NCBI GenBank assembly: GCA_944380065.1 | Contig: CALWGM010000114.1 | Coordinates: forward strand, 31,082 to 95,081 | DNA length: 64,000 nucleotides | Origin: an uncultured Lachnospiraceae bacterium | GTDB taxonomy: Bacteria; Bacillota; Clostridia; Lachnospirales; Lachnospiraceae | Direction: 5' to 3' | Shown here: positions 62,701-64,000 of the stretch, piece by piece | Numbering within the stretch: position 1 is the first letter of the stretch | How the letters are laid out: the number at the start of each line of letters is the position of its first letter | Program-made: the position numbers and the translations under genes | The notes under the pieces: generated by a model | What the model was told of the DNA's origin: nothing | Database searches by the model: none | Seen by the model: only the letters and a program-made list of their open reading frames with translations

Positions 62701-64000
62701 TTACAGAACTGAAATGAAACGGTCAAAGGCCGCGCGGCCCTCTTCGGTACATTTGTATACGCCTGCGTCTTCCAGCACTTTAACAAATACCTTTCCGATC
62801 TCCTCCTGCAGAATGCCCTCCACATTCTCTGCCGTAAAGGTATAATTGTCCCTGAACGTATCGTACCAGTCCGCATGTTTCTCCAGCGTCTCGCTGCCGC
62901 GCAGATCTTTCCCTGTCAGGATATACTCTGCCATCTCGTCCATCTCGCCTTTTAAGCGGGCGGGAAGCACCGCCAGACCCATCACCTCGATCAGGCCGAT
63001 ATTTTCCTTTTTGATGTGATGAAGCTCTGCATGGGGATGGTAAACGCCCAGCGGGCACTCTTCTGTCGTGATATTATTGCGCAGCGCCAGATCCAGCTCA
63101 TAGCCGCCGTCCCGCATGCGGGCGATGGGCGTGATCGTATTATGCGGCTCGCCGTCTGTCTCCGCAAAGATGAACGCCTCCTCATCGGTATAGCCTCTCC
63201 ACTTCTGCAGGATATGGTCTGCCAGGTCGATGACACGCTCATCATCCGTACCCCACAGGCGGATCACAGACAGCGGCCAGTGAACAACGGCTGCCTTTAC
63301 ATCCTCATAGCCCGGGATGGTAAAGGTCTTCTCAACGGGCGCCGTCTCCATGGCGAAGGTATAATGACCGCCCTGGAAATGGTCATGGCTCAGGATCGAA
63401 CCGCCGACGATGGGCAGATCCGCATTGGATCCCAGGAAATAGTGGGGGAACAGCTTCACAAAATCAAACAGCTTGCGGAAGGTGGCCCGCTCAATTTTCA
63501 TCGGGACATGCTGTCCGTTAAAAACGATACAGTGCTCATTGTAATATACGTACGGAGAATACTGGAATCCCCACTGCCCTCCATTGATGGTAATGGGAAT
63601 GATCCGGTGGTTCTGGCGGGCGGGATGATTCATCCGTCCTGCGTAACCCTCATTTTCCATACAGAGCTGGCATTTGGGATAAGCAGACTGTTTCGCCAGC
63701 TTCGCCGCCGCGATCGCCTTGGGATCCTTCTCCGGCTTGCTTAAGTTGATCGTAATATCAATATCGCCGTACTCGGAAGCCACTTTCCACTTGCGGTCTT
63801 TCGCGATCCGGTCTTTCCGGATATAGTTGGTGGCAACAGAGAATTTGTAATATTCATCTGTGGCTTTTTTGGGGCTCTCCGCGTAATTCTCGCGGAAAGT
63901 CCGGATCACCTGCGCCGGACGCGGCGTCAGGCAGTTCATCAGCTTCGTGTCAAACAGGTCTTTTGAAACCACGCCGCTGTCTTTCAGCACGCCTGTCTCC
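62701..64000 (-). CDS. galT: Galactose-1-phosphate uridylyltransferase type II (5' end outside the window)
   Basis: ITINLSKPEKDP, YPKCQLC.ENEGY.G..NHPARQN, QYSPYVYYNEHCI, GSILSHDHFQGG, HHIKKENIGLIEVMG. Confidence 0.96.
   Translation of the reverse strand, partial: ETGVLKDSGVVSKDLFDTKLMNCLTPRPAQVIRTFRENYAESPKKATDEYYKFSVATNYIRKDRIAKDRKWKVASEYGDIDITINLSKPEKDPKAIAAAKLAKQSAYPKCQLCMENEGYAGRMNHPARQNHRIIPITINGGQWGFQYSPYVYYNEHCIVFNGQHVPMKIERATFRKLFDFVKLFPHYFLGSNADLPIVGGSILSHDHFQGGHYTFAMETAPVEKTFTIPGYEDVKAAVVHWPLSVIRLWGTDDERVIDLADHILQKWRGYTDEEAFIFAETDGEPHNTITPIARMRDGGYELDLALRNNITTEECPLGVYHPHAELHHIKKENIGLIEVMGLAVLPARLKGEMDEMAEYILTGKDLRGSETLEKHADWYDTFRDNYTFTAENVEGILQEEIGKVFVKVLEDAGVYKCTEEGRAAFDRFISVL

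Noticed and set aside
1-64000. CRISPR array or cas genes
   Set aside because: No regularly spaced 28-40-bp repeats were seen. The HEPN motif lies in a STAND fusion, without the twin-HEPN Cas13 layout or a CARF domain.

Overview
Chromosomal window from a spore-forming Bacillota, judged Lachnospiraceae-like from gene content and protein style. Almost all genes lie on the minus strand. Most of it is core genome: the dcw cluster (mraZ, rsmH, ftsL-like, two class B PBPs, mraY, murD, ftsW, ftsQ, ftsZ), spoIIGA-sigE, an inverted sigG, purine genes, coaE, polA, secG-rnr-smpB, and a galactoside-utilisation locus (two GH42 enzymes, ABC transporter, LacI and AraC regulators, galE, galT). The standout is an accessory block of about 13.4 kb between tRNA-Thr(GGT) and sigG, with no integrase and visibly lower GC (judged by eye). 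It carries a translationally coupled two-gene operon. The first gene encodes a ~3031-aa protein: two OST-HTH/LOTUS-like domains, a DUF3825-like domain, ~2200 aa of helical repeats, an Ig-like domain and a C-terminal STAND NTPase. The second encodes an 814-aa protein: a STAND NTPase with an altered Walker B, a HEPN RNase motif (RNLAGH) and an S1-like domain. This looks like a paired-NLR-like, RNA-targeting anti-phage system that I cannot match to a named one. A degenerate 48-bp promoter repeat flanks the pair. Other signals include a candidate attenuator leader, a candidate ~55-nt sRNA, an unannotated Spo0E-like small ORF and an ATA start on spoIIGA. All domain calls were made by eye from motifs; no searches were run.
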